Shown: positions 52,929 to 64,000 of the stretch, piece after piece | Layout of the letters: every line of letters starts with the position of its first letter | Position numbering within the stretch: the first letter of the stretch is position 1 | DNA from: an uncultured Actinomycetota bacterium | Lineage (GTDB): Bacteria; Actinomycetota; Actinomycetes; Mycobacteriales; Mycobacteriaceae | DNA length: 64,000 nucleotides | NCBI GenBank assembly: GCA_963779655.1 | Contig: CAVZZD010000011.1 | Coordinates: 382 to 64,381 of the forward strand | Direction of reading: 5' to 3' | Position numbers and translations under genes: made by a program | Notes under the pieces: generated by a model | Databases searched by the model: none | The model's input: only the letters and a program-made list of their open reading frames with translations | What the model was told of the DNA's origin: nothing

Positions 52929-53083
52929 TGTCCCTTCATTGGTCGGGTCGATCCTCGAGGCCCTGATCGGGTCCCCGGGTTCGTCTGACCTCTCCAGTCT
53001 GCCATCCCGACGCGGTAAGGTGAACACGCGATTGAGTGGACTTCCTCACACCCGCGCGATGCCGCGACATACCATCGGCGGTC

Positions 53084-54490
53084 ATGCAACGGCTCAGCGG
53101 CCTCGACGCCAGCTTCCTCTACCTCGAGACCGCCGCCCAACCGCTTGCACGTGTGCTCGATCCTGGAACTGGACACCTCGACGATCCCGGGCGGCTACAG
53201 CTTCGACCGGCTGCGCGACGAACTTGGCGGTGCGCATCAAGGCGATGCCGGAGTTCCGCGAGAAGCTGGCCGACAGCCCGTTCAACCTCGACCATCCAGT
53301 GTGGGTGGAGGACAACGACTTCGACGTCGACCGGCATCTGCACCGGATCGGCCTGCCCGCACCGGGTGGCCGGACCGAACTCGTCCGAGATCTGCGGGCA
53401 CATCGCGTCGCTGCCGCTGGACCGCAGCCGGCCGCTGTGGGAGATGTGGGTGATCGAGGGCGTCGCGGCACCGATGCCCATGCCGGTGGCCGGCATGGCG
53501 GTGATGACCAAGGTGCACCACGCCGCGGTCGACGGCGTGACCGGCGCCAACCTGATGTCGCAGCTGTGCAGCACCGAAGCCCGACCCGCCGCCGCCGGAC
53601 GCCGGTCGAAGGGCTCCGGCGGCGCCAGCCAACTGGAGATCGCGGTCCGCGGGCTGGTCCGGTTCGCCACCCGGCCGGTGCATCTGGCCACCAAGGTGCT
53701 GCCCGGCGACCGTGACCACCGTCGTCGACACCGTGCGCGCGCGCCGTGGCCGGTGACGGCGATGGCGCAGCCCGTTCACCGCGCCGCAGACCGCGTTCAA
53801 CGCCAGCATCACCGGCCATCGCAACGTCGCCTTCGCCCAGCTGGACCTCGAGGACGTCAAGACGGTCAAGAACCACTTCGGCGTCAAGGTCAACGACGTG
53901 GTGATGGCGCTGGTGTCCGGCGTGCTGCGCCAGTTCCTGCTCGACCGCGGCGAACTGCCGGACATCTCGCTGGTCGCGATGGTGCCGGTGTCGGTGCACG
54001 GCAGGTCGGATCGGCCGGGGCGCAACAAGGTGTCCGGCATGTTCTCCAGCCTGCATACCGAGATCGACGACCCGGCGGAGCGGCTCGAAGGCCATCGCCG
54101 AGGCGCAGTTCGGTTGCCAAGGAACACAGTTCGGCGATCGCGGCGTCGCTGCTGCAGGACTGGTCGCAGTTCGCCGCGCCCGCCGTGTTCGGCGTCGCGA
54201 TGCGGGTCTACGCCAGCACCCGGCTGACCGAGGCGCGGCCGGTGCACAACCTGGTGGTGTCCAATGTGCCGGGCCCGCAGCGGCCGCTGTACTTCCTGGG
54301 CGCCGAGGTCAAGGCGATGTACCCGCTCGGGCCGATCTTCCACGGCTCGGGGCTGAACATCACCGTGATGTCGCTGAACGGCAAGCTCGACGTCGGCCTG
54401 ATCTCGCGCCCGGAACTGCTGCCGGATCTCTGGGATCTGGCCGACGATTTCGCGGCGGGCATGGAGGAATTGCTCGCGGCGGCACACTGA
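53084..54490 (+). CDS. wax ester/triacylglycerol synthase (WS/DGAT; frameshifts)
   Basis: MQRLSGLDASFLYLE, RPLWE, HHAAVDG, SNVPGP. Confidence 0.9.
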   Translation: MQRLSGLDASFLYLETAAQPLARVLDPGTGHLDDPGRLQLRPAARRTWRCASRRCRSSARSWPTARSTSTIQCGWRTTTSTSTGICTGSACPHRVAGPNSSEICGHIASLPLDRSRPLWEMWVIEGVAAPMPMPVAGMAVMTKVHHAAVDGVTGANLMSQLCSTEARPAAAGRRSKGSGGASQLEIAVRGLVRFATRPVHLATKVLPGDRDHRRRHRARAPWPVTAMAQPVHRAADRVQRQHHRPSQRRLRPAGPRGRQDGQEPLRRQGQRRGDGAGVRRAAPVPARPRRTAGHLAGRDGAGVGARQVGSAGAQQGVRHVLQPAYRDRRPGGAARRPSPRRSSVAKEHSSAIAASLLQDWSQFAAPAVFGVAMRVYASTRLTEARPVHNLVVSNVPGPQRPLYFLGAEVKAMYPLGPIFHGSGLNITVMSLNGKLDVGLISRPELLPDLWDLADDFAAGMEELLAAAH

Positions 54491-54553
54491 CGCGCTCAGG
54501 GCGCGGACCGGCGGTTCCGGGCGGCCGCGCCGCTCATGGCAGCATGTGTTGCC

Positions 54554-56103
54554 ATGAGCCTGCTTCGCCGCCGCCGGATCCTGCGCACGACTGTGATCGT
54601 GGCCTCCGTGGCGGCGCTGGTGGCCGGTTCGGCCGGCTGCGCGCGGGTGGTCGACGGTCGTGCGGTGCTGGGCGGGCCGCGCGTCGGCGAACCGGTGCAG
54701 TGGCAGCAAGTGCCGGCTCACCGGCGGCGTCGAGACCGCAACTGCCGCGGGATACCGAATGCGGCCGGATCGCGGTGCCGGTCGACTACGCCAAGCCCGA
54801 CCGGTGATGTGGCCAACCTGGCGATGATCCGCTTTCCCGGCCACCGGCGAGAAGATCGGCTCACTGGTCATCAACCCGGGCGGCCCGGGCGAGTCGGGCA
54901 TCGAAGCGGCGATCAGCATGGTCGAGTCGTTGCCGACGGAGGTCCGCGAGCGGTTCGACTTCGTCGGGTTCGATCCGCGCGGGGTGGGCTCGTCGACCCC
55001 GGCACTGTGGTGCAACTCCGACGCCGACAACGACCGGCTGCGCGCCGACCCCGAGGTGGACTACACCCCCGAGGGTGTCGCGCACATCGAGAACGAGACC
55101 AAGGAGTTCATCCAGCGCTGCGTCGACAAGATGGGCACCGACTTCCTGGCCAACATCGGCACCGCGAACGTCGCCAAGGATCTCGACGCGATCCGGGCCG
55201 CCATCGGCGACGACAAGCTGACCTACCTCGGCTACTCCTACGGCACCCGGATCGGCGCGGCCTACGCCGAGGAGTTCCCGCAGAACGTGCGCGCGATGAT
55301 TCTCGACGGCGCGGTCGACCCCAACGCCGACCCGATCGAGGCCGACCTCGACCAGGCGGCGGCGTTCCAGAAGGCGTTCAACGACTTCGCCGCCGACTGC
55401 GCCAAATCCTCGACTGCCCGCTGGGCACCGATCCGTCGAAATCCGTTGACGGTGTACCGCAGCATGGTCGATCCGCTGGTGGACAAGCCGGCCAAGACCA
55501 AGGATCCGCGCGGGCTGTCCTACAGCGACGCCATCGTCGGCACCATCATGGCGCTGTACTCGCCGAGCCTGTGGCGGCATCTGACCGACGGGCTGGTGGA
55601 GCTGCGGGACGGCCACGGGCGACACCATGCTGGCGCTGGCCGACATGTACATGCGGCGCGACCAACAGGGCCACTACACCAACGCCACCGACGCCCGGGT
55701 CGCGGTCAACTGCGTGGACCAGCCGCCGATCACCGACCGCGCCAAGGTCGATCGAGGAGGATCGCCAGATGCGCGAGGTGGCGCCGTTCATGAGCTACGG
55801 CGAGTTCACCGGCCACGCGCCGATGCCGACCTGCGCGTTCTGGCCGGTGCCGCCGACCAGCGAGCCGCACCAGGTGTCGGCGCCGGGACTGCCGCCGCCG
55901 CTGGTGGTGTCCACCACGCACGACCCGGCCACGCCGTATCCAGGCCGGCGTCGACCTGGCCAAGCAACTCGGCGGTGCACTGCTGACGTTCGAGGGCACC
56001 CAGCACACCGTGGTGTTCCAGGGCAACAACTGCGTGGACGACTACGCGGCCGGCTACCTGCTCGACGGCACCCTGCCGCCGGCGGGCGCGAGTCTGCCGC
56101 TGA
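54554..56103 (+). CDS. caeA: alpha/beta hydrolase lipoprotein CaeA/Hip1 (Rv2224c ortholog; frameshifts)
   Basis: NPGGPG, FDPRGVG, GYSYG, DPATP, QH; lipobox SAGC; synteny. Confidence 0.8.
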
Positions 56104-56172
56104 CGCGTCCGGACGGTTTGATATCCCAGCGTGACCTTCCCGGGACATCGCCGCGTGGTCGGGCGTGCGACC

Positions 56173-57687
56173 ATGTGCGCCATGCAGCGCACGAGACTCT
56201 GGGGCTCTGCGCTGCTCACAGTCGCTGCTGACGTCGGTGCGGCCGCGCCGAGCGCCTCGGCGACTGACGCCTGATCCAGTCTGTGCCGCAACAGAATTGG
56301 GGAAGCTGCGCGGCGTTCTTCGGCGACACCAGCGACATCCCGACCGCGCGCTGCGCACGATGATCCCGGTCGACTGGCGAGTCCGGCAGGGCCAGGCGAA
56401 CCTCGCGGTCATCCGCATTCCGGCGGAACGGCACCCGGATCGGATCGCTGTTCGTCAATCCGGGCGGGCCGGGCGCCTCGGCGGTGGACGCCGTCGCCGG
56501 GATGGGCGCCGCACTGACCGGCAGCCCCATCAACGAGCATTTCGACCTGGTCGGCTTCGACCCGCGCGGCGTCGGCCACTCCACGCCGGAGTTGCGGTGC
56601 CGCACCGACGCCGAGTTCGACGCCTGGCGGCGCGAGCCGATGGTCGACTACAGCCCGGCCGGCGTCGCGCACATCGAGGCGCTGTACCAGCAGTTCGTCG
56701 ACCGCTGCGCGCAGCGCATGGGCACGGACTTCCTGGCCACCGTCGGAACCGCGTCGGTCGCCCGCGACATGGACGCCGTGCGGCAGCGCGCTCGGCGACG
56801 ACCAGATCAACTATCTGGGCTTCTCCTACGGCACCGAGATCGGCACCGCCTACGTCGAGCAGTTCGGCGACCACGTGCGCGCGATGGTGCTCGACGGCGC
56901 GATCGACCCCAGCGTCGGACCCCGTCGAGAAGAACGTCCGCCAGATGGCCGGGTTCCAGACGGCCTTCAACGACTACGCCGCCGACTGCGCGCAGTTCGC
57001 CGACTGCCCGCTGGGCCAGGATCCCGGCGCAGTGGGTCGACCGCTACCACCAGCTGGTCGACCCGCTGGTGACCAAGCCCGGCCACACCTCCGATCCGCG
57101 CGGCCTGAGCTACGCCGACGCGATCACCGGCACCGTCAACGCGCTGTACACCCCGACGTTCTGGAAGTACCTGACCAGCGGCCTGCTCGGGTTGCAGCGC
57201 GGCGGCGACGCCGGCGACCTGCTGGCGCTGGCCGACGAATACCAGGGCCGCGCCGCCGACGGGCACTACCGCAATCTGCAGGATGCGTTCAACGCGGTGC
57301 GCTGCGTCGACGCCCCGGCACCGACCGACCCGGCGGCGTGGGTCGACGCCGACCGGCGCATCCGGCAGGTCGCGCCGTTCCTGTCCTACGGCGAGTTCAC
57401 CGGGTACGCGCCGCGGGACATCTGCGCGTTCTGGCCGGTGCCCGCCACGTCGTCCCGGCACGCGGCGACGCCGGCGGCGCCCGGCCAGGTCGTCGTCGTC
57501 TCGACCACCCACGACCCGGCCACGCCGTATCAGGCGGGCGTGGATCTGGCCCGCCAGCTCGGCGCGTCGCTGATCACGTTCGAGGGCACCCAGCACACCG
57601 CGGTGTTCAACGGCCATCGAGTGCGTCGACACGGCGGTGGTGAACTACTTCGTCGACGGCGTCCTGCCGGGCGATCTGCGCTGCTGA
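56173..57687 (+). CDS. caeB: alpha/beta hydrolase CaeB (Rv2223c ortholog; frameshifts)
   Basis: NPGGPG, FDPRGVG, GFSYG, DPATPY; synteny. Confidence 0.78.
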
Positions 57688-57717
57688 CGCCAGTCGAAAT
57701 CGGTCAGCGACGCTGTT

Positions 57718-57749
57718 GTAACACGGATTTAACAGCCGGTGCCTACGCT
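57718..57749 (+). promoter_or_regulatory. GlnR box and -10 of a probably leaderless glnA2 promoter
   Basis: GTAAC-N6-TTAAC, then TACGCT 7 nt before the ATG. Confidence 0.7.
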
Positions 57750-57756
57750 CGCGGTC

Positions 57757-59098
57757 ATGGATCGCCAGAAGGAATTCGTGCTGCGCACGCTGGAGGAACG
57801 GGACATCCGCTTCGTCCGGCTCTGGTTCACCGATGTGCTCGGATTCCTCAAGTCGGTGGCGATCGCGCCCGCCGAACTCGAAGGCGCCTTCGAGGAGGGC
57901 ATCGGCTTCGACGGCTCGTCGATCGAGGGCTTCGCCCGGGTCTCCGAATCCGACACCGTGGCGCGGCCGGACCCGTCGACCTTCCAGGTCCTGCCGTGGA
58001 CCACCAGCAAGGGCGACCATCACTCGGCCCGGATGTTCTGCGACATCACCATGCCCGACGGCTCGCCGTCGTGGGCCGACTCCCGGCACGTGCTGCGGCG
58101 CCAGCTCGCCAAGGCCAGCGACCTCGGCTTCTCCTGCTACGTGCATCCCGAGATCGAGTTCTTCCTGCTGCGAGCCGGGCCCGTACGACGGCTCGCTGCC
58201 GGTGCCCGCGGACAACGGCGGCTACTTCGACCAGGCCGTGCACGACTCGGCGCCCAACTTCCGCCGCCACGCCATCGACGCGCTGGAATCGATGGGCATC
58301 TCGGTGGAGTTCAGCCACCACGAGGGCGCGCCCGGCCAGCAGGAGATCGACCTGCGCTACGCCGACGCGCTGTCGATGGCCGACAACGTGATGACGTTCC
58401 GCTACGTGGTCAAGGAGGTCGCGCTCGACGAGGGCGTGCGGGCGTCGTTCATGCCCAAGCCGTTCAGCGAATACCCGGGCTCGGCCATGCACACCCACAT
58501 GAGCCTGTTCGAGGGCGAGACCAACGCGTTCCACAGCGCCGACGACCCGCTGCAGCTCTCCGACATCGGCAAGTCGTTCATCGCCGGCATCCTCGAGCAC
58601 GCCAGCGAGATCAGCGCCGTCACCAACCAGTGGGTGAACTCCTACAAGCGGCTGGTGCACGGCGGCGAGGCGCCGACGGCAGCCTCGTGGGGTGCGGCCA
58701 ACCGTTCGGCGTTGGTGCGCGTGCCGATGTACACGCCCAGCAAGGCGTCGTCGCGGCGCATCGAGGTGCGCAGCCCCGACTCGGCGTGCAACCCGTACCT
58801 GACGTTCGCGGTGCTGCTGGCCGCCGGTCTGCGCGGCGTCGAGAAGGGCTACGTGCTGGGCCCGCAGGCCGAGGACGACGTGTGGAGCCTGACGACCGAG
58901 GAGCGCCGGGCGATGGGCTACCGCGAGCTGCCCGGCAGCCTGGGCAACGCGCTGGAGGCCATGCAGAACTCCGAGTTGGTCGCGGAAGCGTTGGGGGAGC
59001 ACGTGTTCGACTTCTTCCTGCGCAACAAGCGCACCGAGTGGGAGAACTACCGCAGCCACGTCACGCCGTTCGAACTCAAGACTTATCTGTCGCTGTAA
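57757..59098 (+). CDS. glnA2: type I glutamine synthetase-like GlnA2 (one frameshift near 58172)
   Basis: MDRQKEFVLR, FDGSSI, HPEIEF, HHEGAPGQQEID, FMPKP, GSAMHTH; synteny with glnE. Confidence 0.93.
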
Positions 59099-59174
59099 CC
59101 GCTCTCTGTAGGTGCCGCGGTAGCTGCCCGGCGGCGATTCTCGGCGCGTCGCCCAGGTGCGTTACCGTCATGTC

Positions 59175-62155
59175 GTGACCAAACCCGCGACGCAGCGGCC
59201 CAAGCTGCCCGGCGTCGGTCGGCTCGGACTGGTCGAGCCGACCGCCTCCGCCGACCTGTCGCAGCTCGGCTGGAACACCGAGGCGCACGTCGAATTGCTG
59301 TGGTCGCTGTCGCGGGCGCCCGACGCCGACGCCGCCTTGCGCACCATGGTCCGGTTGTCCGAAGCGCTCGGCCCGGACTGGCCCGAACTGAACGCGGTGC
59401 TGCTGACCGCCAAGTCGCCTGCGCGGGCGGCTGTTCGGTGTGCTCGGTTCGTCGCTGGCGCTCGGTGACCACCTCGTCGCCCACCCGCAGTCCTGGCACC
59501 TGCTGCACGACGCGCCCGGAAAGAAGGTGGCACTGCCGTCGGCGGCCGAGCTCAGGCGCGCGTTCACCGACTGTGTCGCGCAGACGCCGCTGCCCGACGT
59601 GCAGACCGCGCTGCGCGCGGCTCTACCGGGATCGGCTGCTGGTGCTGGCCGCGCTCGACGTGGCTCCCACGGTCGAGAACGAGCCCGTGCTGCCGTTCGC
59701 GACCGTCGGCGTCCACCTGTCCGATATGGCCGACGCGGCTCTGGCCGCGGCGCTCGACGTGGCGGTGGCCACCGTGTGCAAGGACGACACCCTGCCACCG
59801 CGGCTGGCCGTCATCGCGATGGGCAAATGCGGTGCGCGGGAACTGAACTACGTCAGCGACGTGGACGTCATCTTCGTGGGTGAAGAGGCCGATGCCGTCG
59901 CGACCCGGGTGGCCGGCGAGATGATGCGGTTCGCCTCGGACACGTTCTTCGAGGTCGACGCGGCGCTGCGACCCGAAGGCAAACACGGCCAGCTGGTGCG
60001 CACCCTGGACTCGCACATCGCCTACTACCAGCGCTGGGCCAAGACGTGGGAGTTCCAGGCCCTGCTGAAGGCCAGGCCCGCCGCCGGCGACGTCCAGCTC
60101 GGCGAGAAGTACATGGACGCGCTGATGCCGATGGTGTGGACGGCATGCGAGCGGGAGGACTTCGTCCCCGACGTGCAGGCGATGCGCCGGCGGGTGATCG
60201 AGAACTGGTGCCCGCCGACGTGCGCGACCGCGAACTCAAGCTCGGGCACCGGCGGGCTGCGCGACGTCGAATTCGCCGTTCAGCTGCTGCAACTCGTGCA
60301 CGGCCGCAACGACCCGTCGTTGCACGTGACCTCCACGGTGGACGCGCTGGCCGCACTTTCTGCGGGCGGCTACATCGGCCGCGACGACGCCGCCAACATG
60401 ACGGCGTCCTACGAATTCCTGCGGCTGCTCGAGCACCGCCTGCAACTGCAGCGGCTCAAACGGACCCACATGCTGCCCGCCCCCGACGACGACGAGGCGC
60501 TGCGCTGGCTCGCGCGCGCCGCGCATGTCCGGCCCGACGGTCAGCACGACGCGCTCGGGGTGCTGCGCGAGGAACTCAAACGCCAGAGCGTGCGGGTGTC
60601 GCGGCTGCACGCGAAGCTCTTCTATCAGCCGCTGCTGGAATCGGTGGGCGGGTCGCTGGAACTGGCGCCGGGCATGTCGGCCGAGGCCGCCGAACGCCAG
60701 CTCGCGGCGCTCGGCTACCAGTCCCCGCGCAGCGCACTGACTCACCTTGCGGCCCTGACCAATCAGAGCGGGCGCCGCGGTCGCGTGCAGGCGGTGCTGC
60801 TGCCCACGCTGCTGGACTGGCTGTCGGACACCCCCGATCCCGACGGTGGGCTGCTGGCGTACCGCAAGCTGTCCGAGGCGATGGCCGAGCAGCGCTGGTT
60901 CCTCGCGACGCTGCGCGACGAGAGCGCGGTGGCCAAGCGGCTGATGCACGTCCTGGGCACCTCGGCGTACGTTCCGGATCTGTTGCTGCGGGCACCCGAG
61001 GTCATCCAGTCCTACGCCGACGGACCCACCGGCCCCAAGCTGCTCGACACCGACCCCGAGAGCGTGGCCAAGGCCCTGGTGGCCGCGGCCGGTCGGCAGT
61101 CCGACCCGGTGAAGGCGATCGCGTCGGCGCGCACGTTGCGCCGCCGGGAACTGGCCCGGATCGCGTCGGCCGATCTGCTCGGCATGCTCGAGGTCCGCGA
61201 CGTGTGCAAGGCGCTGACCTCGATCTGGGTCGCCGTGCTGCAGGCCGCGCTGGACGCGGTGATCCGCGAGAACATGCCTTCGGACGGCAGGGCGCCGGCG
61301 TCGATCGCGGTGATCGGCATGGGCCGGCTCGGCGGCGGCGAGTTGGGCTACGGCTCGGACGCCGACGTCATGTTCGTGTGCGAACCGGCCTCCGGGGTGG
61401 ACGAGGCCGTCGCGGTGAAGTGGTCGGTGTCGGTGGCCGAGCAGGTGCGCGCGCTGCTGGGCACACCGAGCGCCGACCCGCCGCTGGAGGTGGACGCCAA
61501 CCTGCGGCCCGAGGGCCGCAACGGGCCACTGGTCCGGACGTTGGCGTCCTATGAGGCGTACTACAAACAGTGGGCACAGGCGTGGGAGGTGCAGGCGCTG
61601 CTGCGGGCCCACCGGGTGGCCGGTGATCAGGAACTGGGCTATGACTTCCTGCTGATGATCGATGCGATCCGCTACCCGCCGGGCGGGATATCGGCCGAGA
61701 CGGTTCAGGAGATCCGTCGCATCAAGGCCCGCGTCGACGCGGAGCGGCTGCCCCGCGGGGCGGACCCCAACACCCACACCAAGCTGGGCCGCGGCGGACT
61801 GGCCGACATCGAGTGGACGGTGCAACTGCTGCAGTTGCGGTTCGCCGACAAGATCCCGGCGCTGCACAACACGTCGACGCTGGAGTCGCTGGACGCCATC
61901 GGCGCCGCCGAGTTGATCGCCGAAGGCGACATCGATCTGCTGCGCAAGGCCTGGCTGACGGCCACCAGCGCCCGCAACGCCCTGGTGCTGGTGAAGGGCA
62001 AGCCGACCGACCAGCTGCCCGGACCCGGACGGCTGCTGAACGCGGTGGCCGTGGCGGCGGGCTGGCACGACGACGACGGCGGCGAGTTCCTGGACAATTA
62101 CCTGCGGGTGACCCGCCGCGCCAAGCAGGTCGTGCGCAAGGTGTTCGGCGGCTAA
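59175..62155 (+). CDS. glnE: GS adenylyltransferase / adenylyl-removing enzyme (frameshifts)
   Basis: [17 protein letters not shown] and [17 protein letters not shown]; two LRPEG motifs. Confidence 0.95.
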
Positions 62156-62271
62156 TACCCCGTTGCCGTGTGATGCGGGGTCCCGATTGCGGGGCGCGCA
62201 GTGCGGCGCTCGCGCGGGGAAAGGACAACCCCGGCCGGGTTTCGTAGAACCCTCGATGCTATGAAGGCCGG

Positions 62272-62898
62272 GTGGAGTTCTCCAAAGAGGCCATGGACGT
62301 CGACGAGTTCGACCGCCAGCTGGCGCTGTACGAACCATTGGCGTGTTCTATTCGCGAACTGCTGGACGCCACCATCCGCACCCGCGCCGACGAGGAGACC
62401 GTCGCGGAGGCACGCCGGGCGATCGACGCTGCCACCGCCAAGCTGCGCGCCACGCAGACCGACGGGCCGCGCGGTGTGCGGTTCACCGCAGACGGGCGCA
62501 GCATGACGTGGAGCAATCCGGTTATCGGCGTACACAACGCGATAGCACCGCCGTTGGAGATCCACCGTGACGCCGATCTGCGGTGCTGGGCCGAGTTCGA
62601 GCTCGGTGCGGCCTACGAGGGTCCGCCCCGTCACGTCCACGGCGGAATCAGCGCGTTGATCCTCGACCACATCCTCGGTGAAGTGGCCAGCGGGGGGCTC
62701 ACCAAGCCGTTGTTCACCGGGACGATCTCGTGCCGGTACCTGCGCGGCACACCGTTGGGATCGCTACGAGCTGAGGCCTGGATCGACCGTATCGACGGAA
62801 TCAAAACGTACGCAACGGGATTCATTGCCGACGCCGGCGGTCCCACCGTGGAGGCCGAAGGTGTGTTCATTCAGCCGGCGTGGGCGCGTGAGCAGTGA
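62272..62898 (+). CDS. PaaI-family thioesterase
   Basis: YEGPPRHVHGG..LILDH hotdog motif. Confidence 0.88.
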   Translation: MEFSKEAMDVDEFDRQLALYEPLACSIRELLDATIRTRADEETVAEARRAIDAATAKLRATQTDGPRGVRFTADGRSMTWSNPVIGVHNAIAPPLEIHRDADLRCWAEFELGAAYEGPPRHVHGGISALILDHILGEVASGGLTKPLFTGTISCRYLRGTPLGSLRAEAWIDRIDGIKTYATGFIADAGGPTVEAEGVFIQPAWAREQ

Positions 62899-63755
62899 AG
62901 TTCTACATCAGCACCGCGTTCCTGGACACCCGCGAGGTCGTCGAAGTGGCCAGGGCCGCAGACGATCTCGGCTATGACGGGATGGGGATTCCCGATCACG
63001 TCATCAACCTGGAGACGCTGCAGACGCCCTATCCCTACACCAAAGACGGCAGCCGCCGGTGGGAGGCGTTCACCGACTGGCCCGACCCGTGGGTGATGAT
63101 CGGCGCCATCGCCCTGGTGACCTCGCGGCTGAAGTTCGTGACGACGGTCTACCTGCCCGCGATGCGGGACCCGTACTCGGCGGCCAAAGCCATTGGCACC
63201 GCGGCCTGTCTGGCCGACGGGCGACTGGAACTCGGCATCGGGGTGGGCTGGTGCCGCGAGGAGTTCGAACTGCTGGGCCAGCGGTTCGACCGTCGCGGCA
63301 AGCGCACCGACGAGATGCTGGAACTGATGAAGGCCCTCTGGCAGCCCGGCTGGACGGAGTTCGACGGCGAGTTCTACCCCACGCCGCGTCTCGAGATGGA
63401 GCCGACGCCGCCGCACATCCCCATCTACGTCGGCGGATTGTCCGACATCGCGTTGCGCCGCGCGGCGCGCCACGACGGTTGGATCGGCGACCTGATCACC
63501 ACCGAGCGCGCACTCGAGCGGATCGACACGCTACGTGAACTGCGGGCCGAAAAAGGCTTGACGATGGATGATTTCGCCGTCATCACGCCCCTGACCGACG
63601 CGTTCACCCCCGACCACTACGAGCGGGCGCAGGCCGGCGGCATCACCGGGATTGTCACCATGCCGTGGATGTTCTACACCGGGCCGCAGTCGACGCTCGC
63701 CGAGAAGATCGACGCGATGCGCCGGTTCCGGAAGGACATGCGGCTCGACGGCTGA
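62895..63755 (+). CDS. LLM-class F420-dependent oxidoreductase
   Basis: GIPDHV, PDPWV, GRLELGIGVGW, IYVGG. Confidence 0.9.
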   Translation: MKFYISTAFLDTREVVEVARAADDLGYDGMGIPDHVINLETLQTPYPYTKDGSRRWEAFTDWPDPWVMIGAIALVTSRLKFVTTVYLPAMRDPYSAAKAIGTAACLADGRLELGIGVGWCREEFELLGQRFDRRGKRTDEMLELMKALWQPGWTEFDGEFYPTPRLEMEPTPPHIPIYVGGLSDIALRRAARHDGWIGDLITTERALERIDTLRELRAEKGLTMDDFAVITPLTDAFTPDHYERAQAGGITGIVTMPWMFYTGPQSTLAEKIDAMRRFRKDMRLDG

Positions 63756-63778
63756 CCTCCGGCGGCTTGTCGGTCGGA

Positions 63779-64000
63779 CTACAGGCGGTCAGCCCGTTCG
63801 ACGGTGTCCGGCGCTCCGCGACGGATGAAATGATCAACCGCGAGCCAGCCCGGACCCGCGAAAGCCAGCAACAGGAACGCGAAGCAGTACAGCACGGCGA
63901 GTTCGCCGCCGTTGACCAGGGGCCAGAAATCCTTCGGGAAGTGCTGTGTGAAGAAGGCGAACGCCATCTCACCGCAGACGATGAAAGCGGCCGGGCGAGT
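63779..64000 (-). CDS. DoxX family protein (partial, runs off window)
   Basis: GEMAFAFF..H, PLVNGGELAVLYC..GPG. Confidence 0.85.
   Translation of the reverse strand, partial: TRPAAFIVCGEMAFAFFTQHFPKDFWPLVNGGELAVLYCFAFLLLAFAGPGWLAVDHFIRRGAPDTVERADRL

Overview
High-GC mycobacterial (probably Mycolicibacterium-type) chromosome segment. The right ~35 kb is the conserved Rv2237-cobD-ptpA-ptkA-Rv2230c-Rv2228c-rnpB-Rv2226-panB-caeA/caeB-glnA2-glnE backbone, interrupted by (i) three tandem clan GH-A glycoside hydrolase genes just upstream of rnpB, with a deleted, degenerate second rnpB copy between paralogs 2 and 3, and (ii) a TetR-linked cgdAB + carboxyltransferase-only urea/guanidine carboxylase operon with a GlnR-type box. 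The left ~29 kb is accessory: an IS3 element, IS21/IS110/HsdS remnants and many gene fragments, and a 43-bp 3' half of tRNA-Val(TAC) at 16352-16394 that looks like the att end of an integrated island. The best candidate for an undescribed system lies just inside that end: secreted cupin, then an unannotated 12-aa ORF (MIAPPVFRGPTC, very strong RBS, C-terminal Cys), a 14-bp hairpin, a LanD/EpiD-like flavoprotein and an MFS exporter, which looks like a minimal RiPP cluster. Just outside it is a lysis-cassette-like pair (LysM x3-esterase; M23-GH25). Many frameshifts in core genes (about 30.6-40.4 kb and 51.4-60.3 kb) are probably sequencing errors. All family calls come from motif recognition by eye, not database searches.
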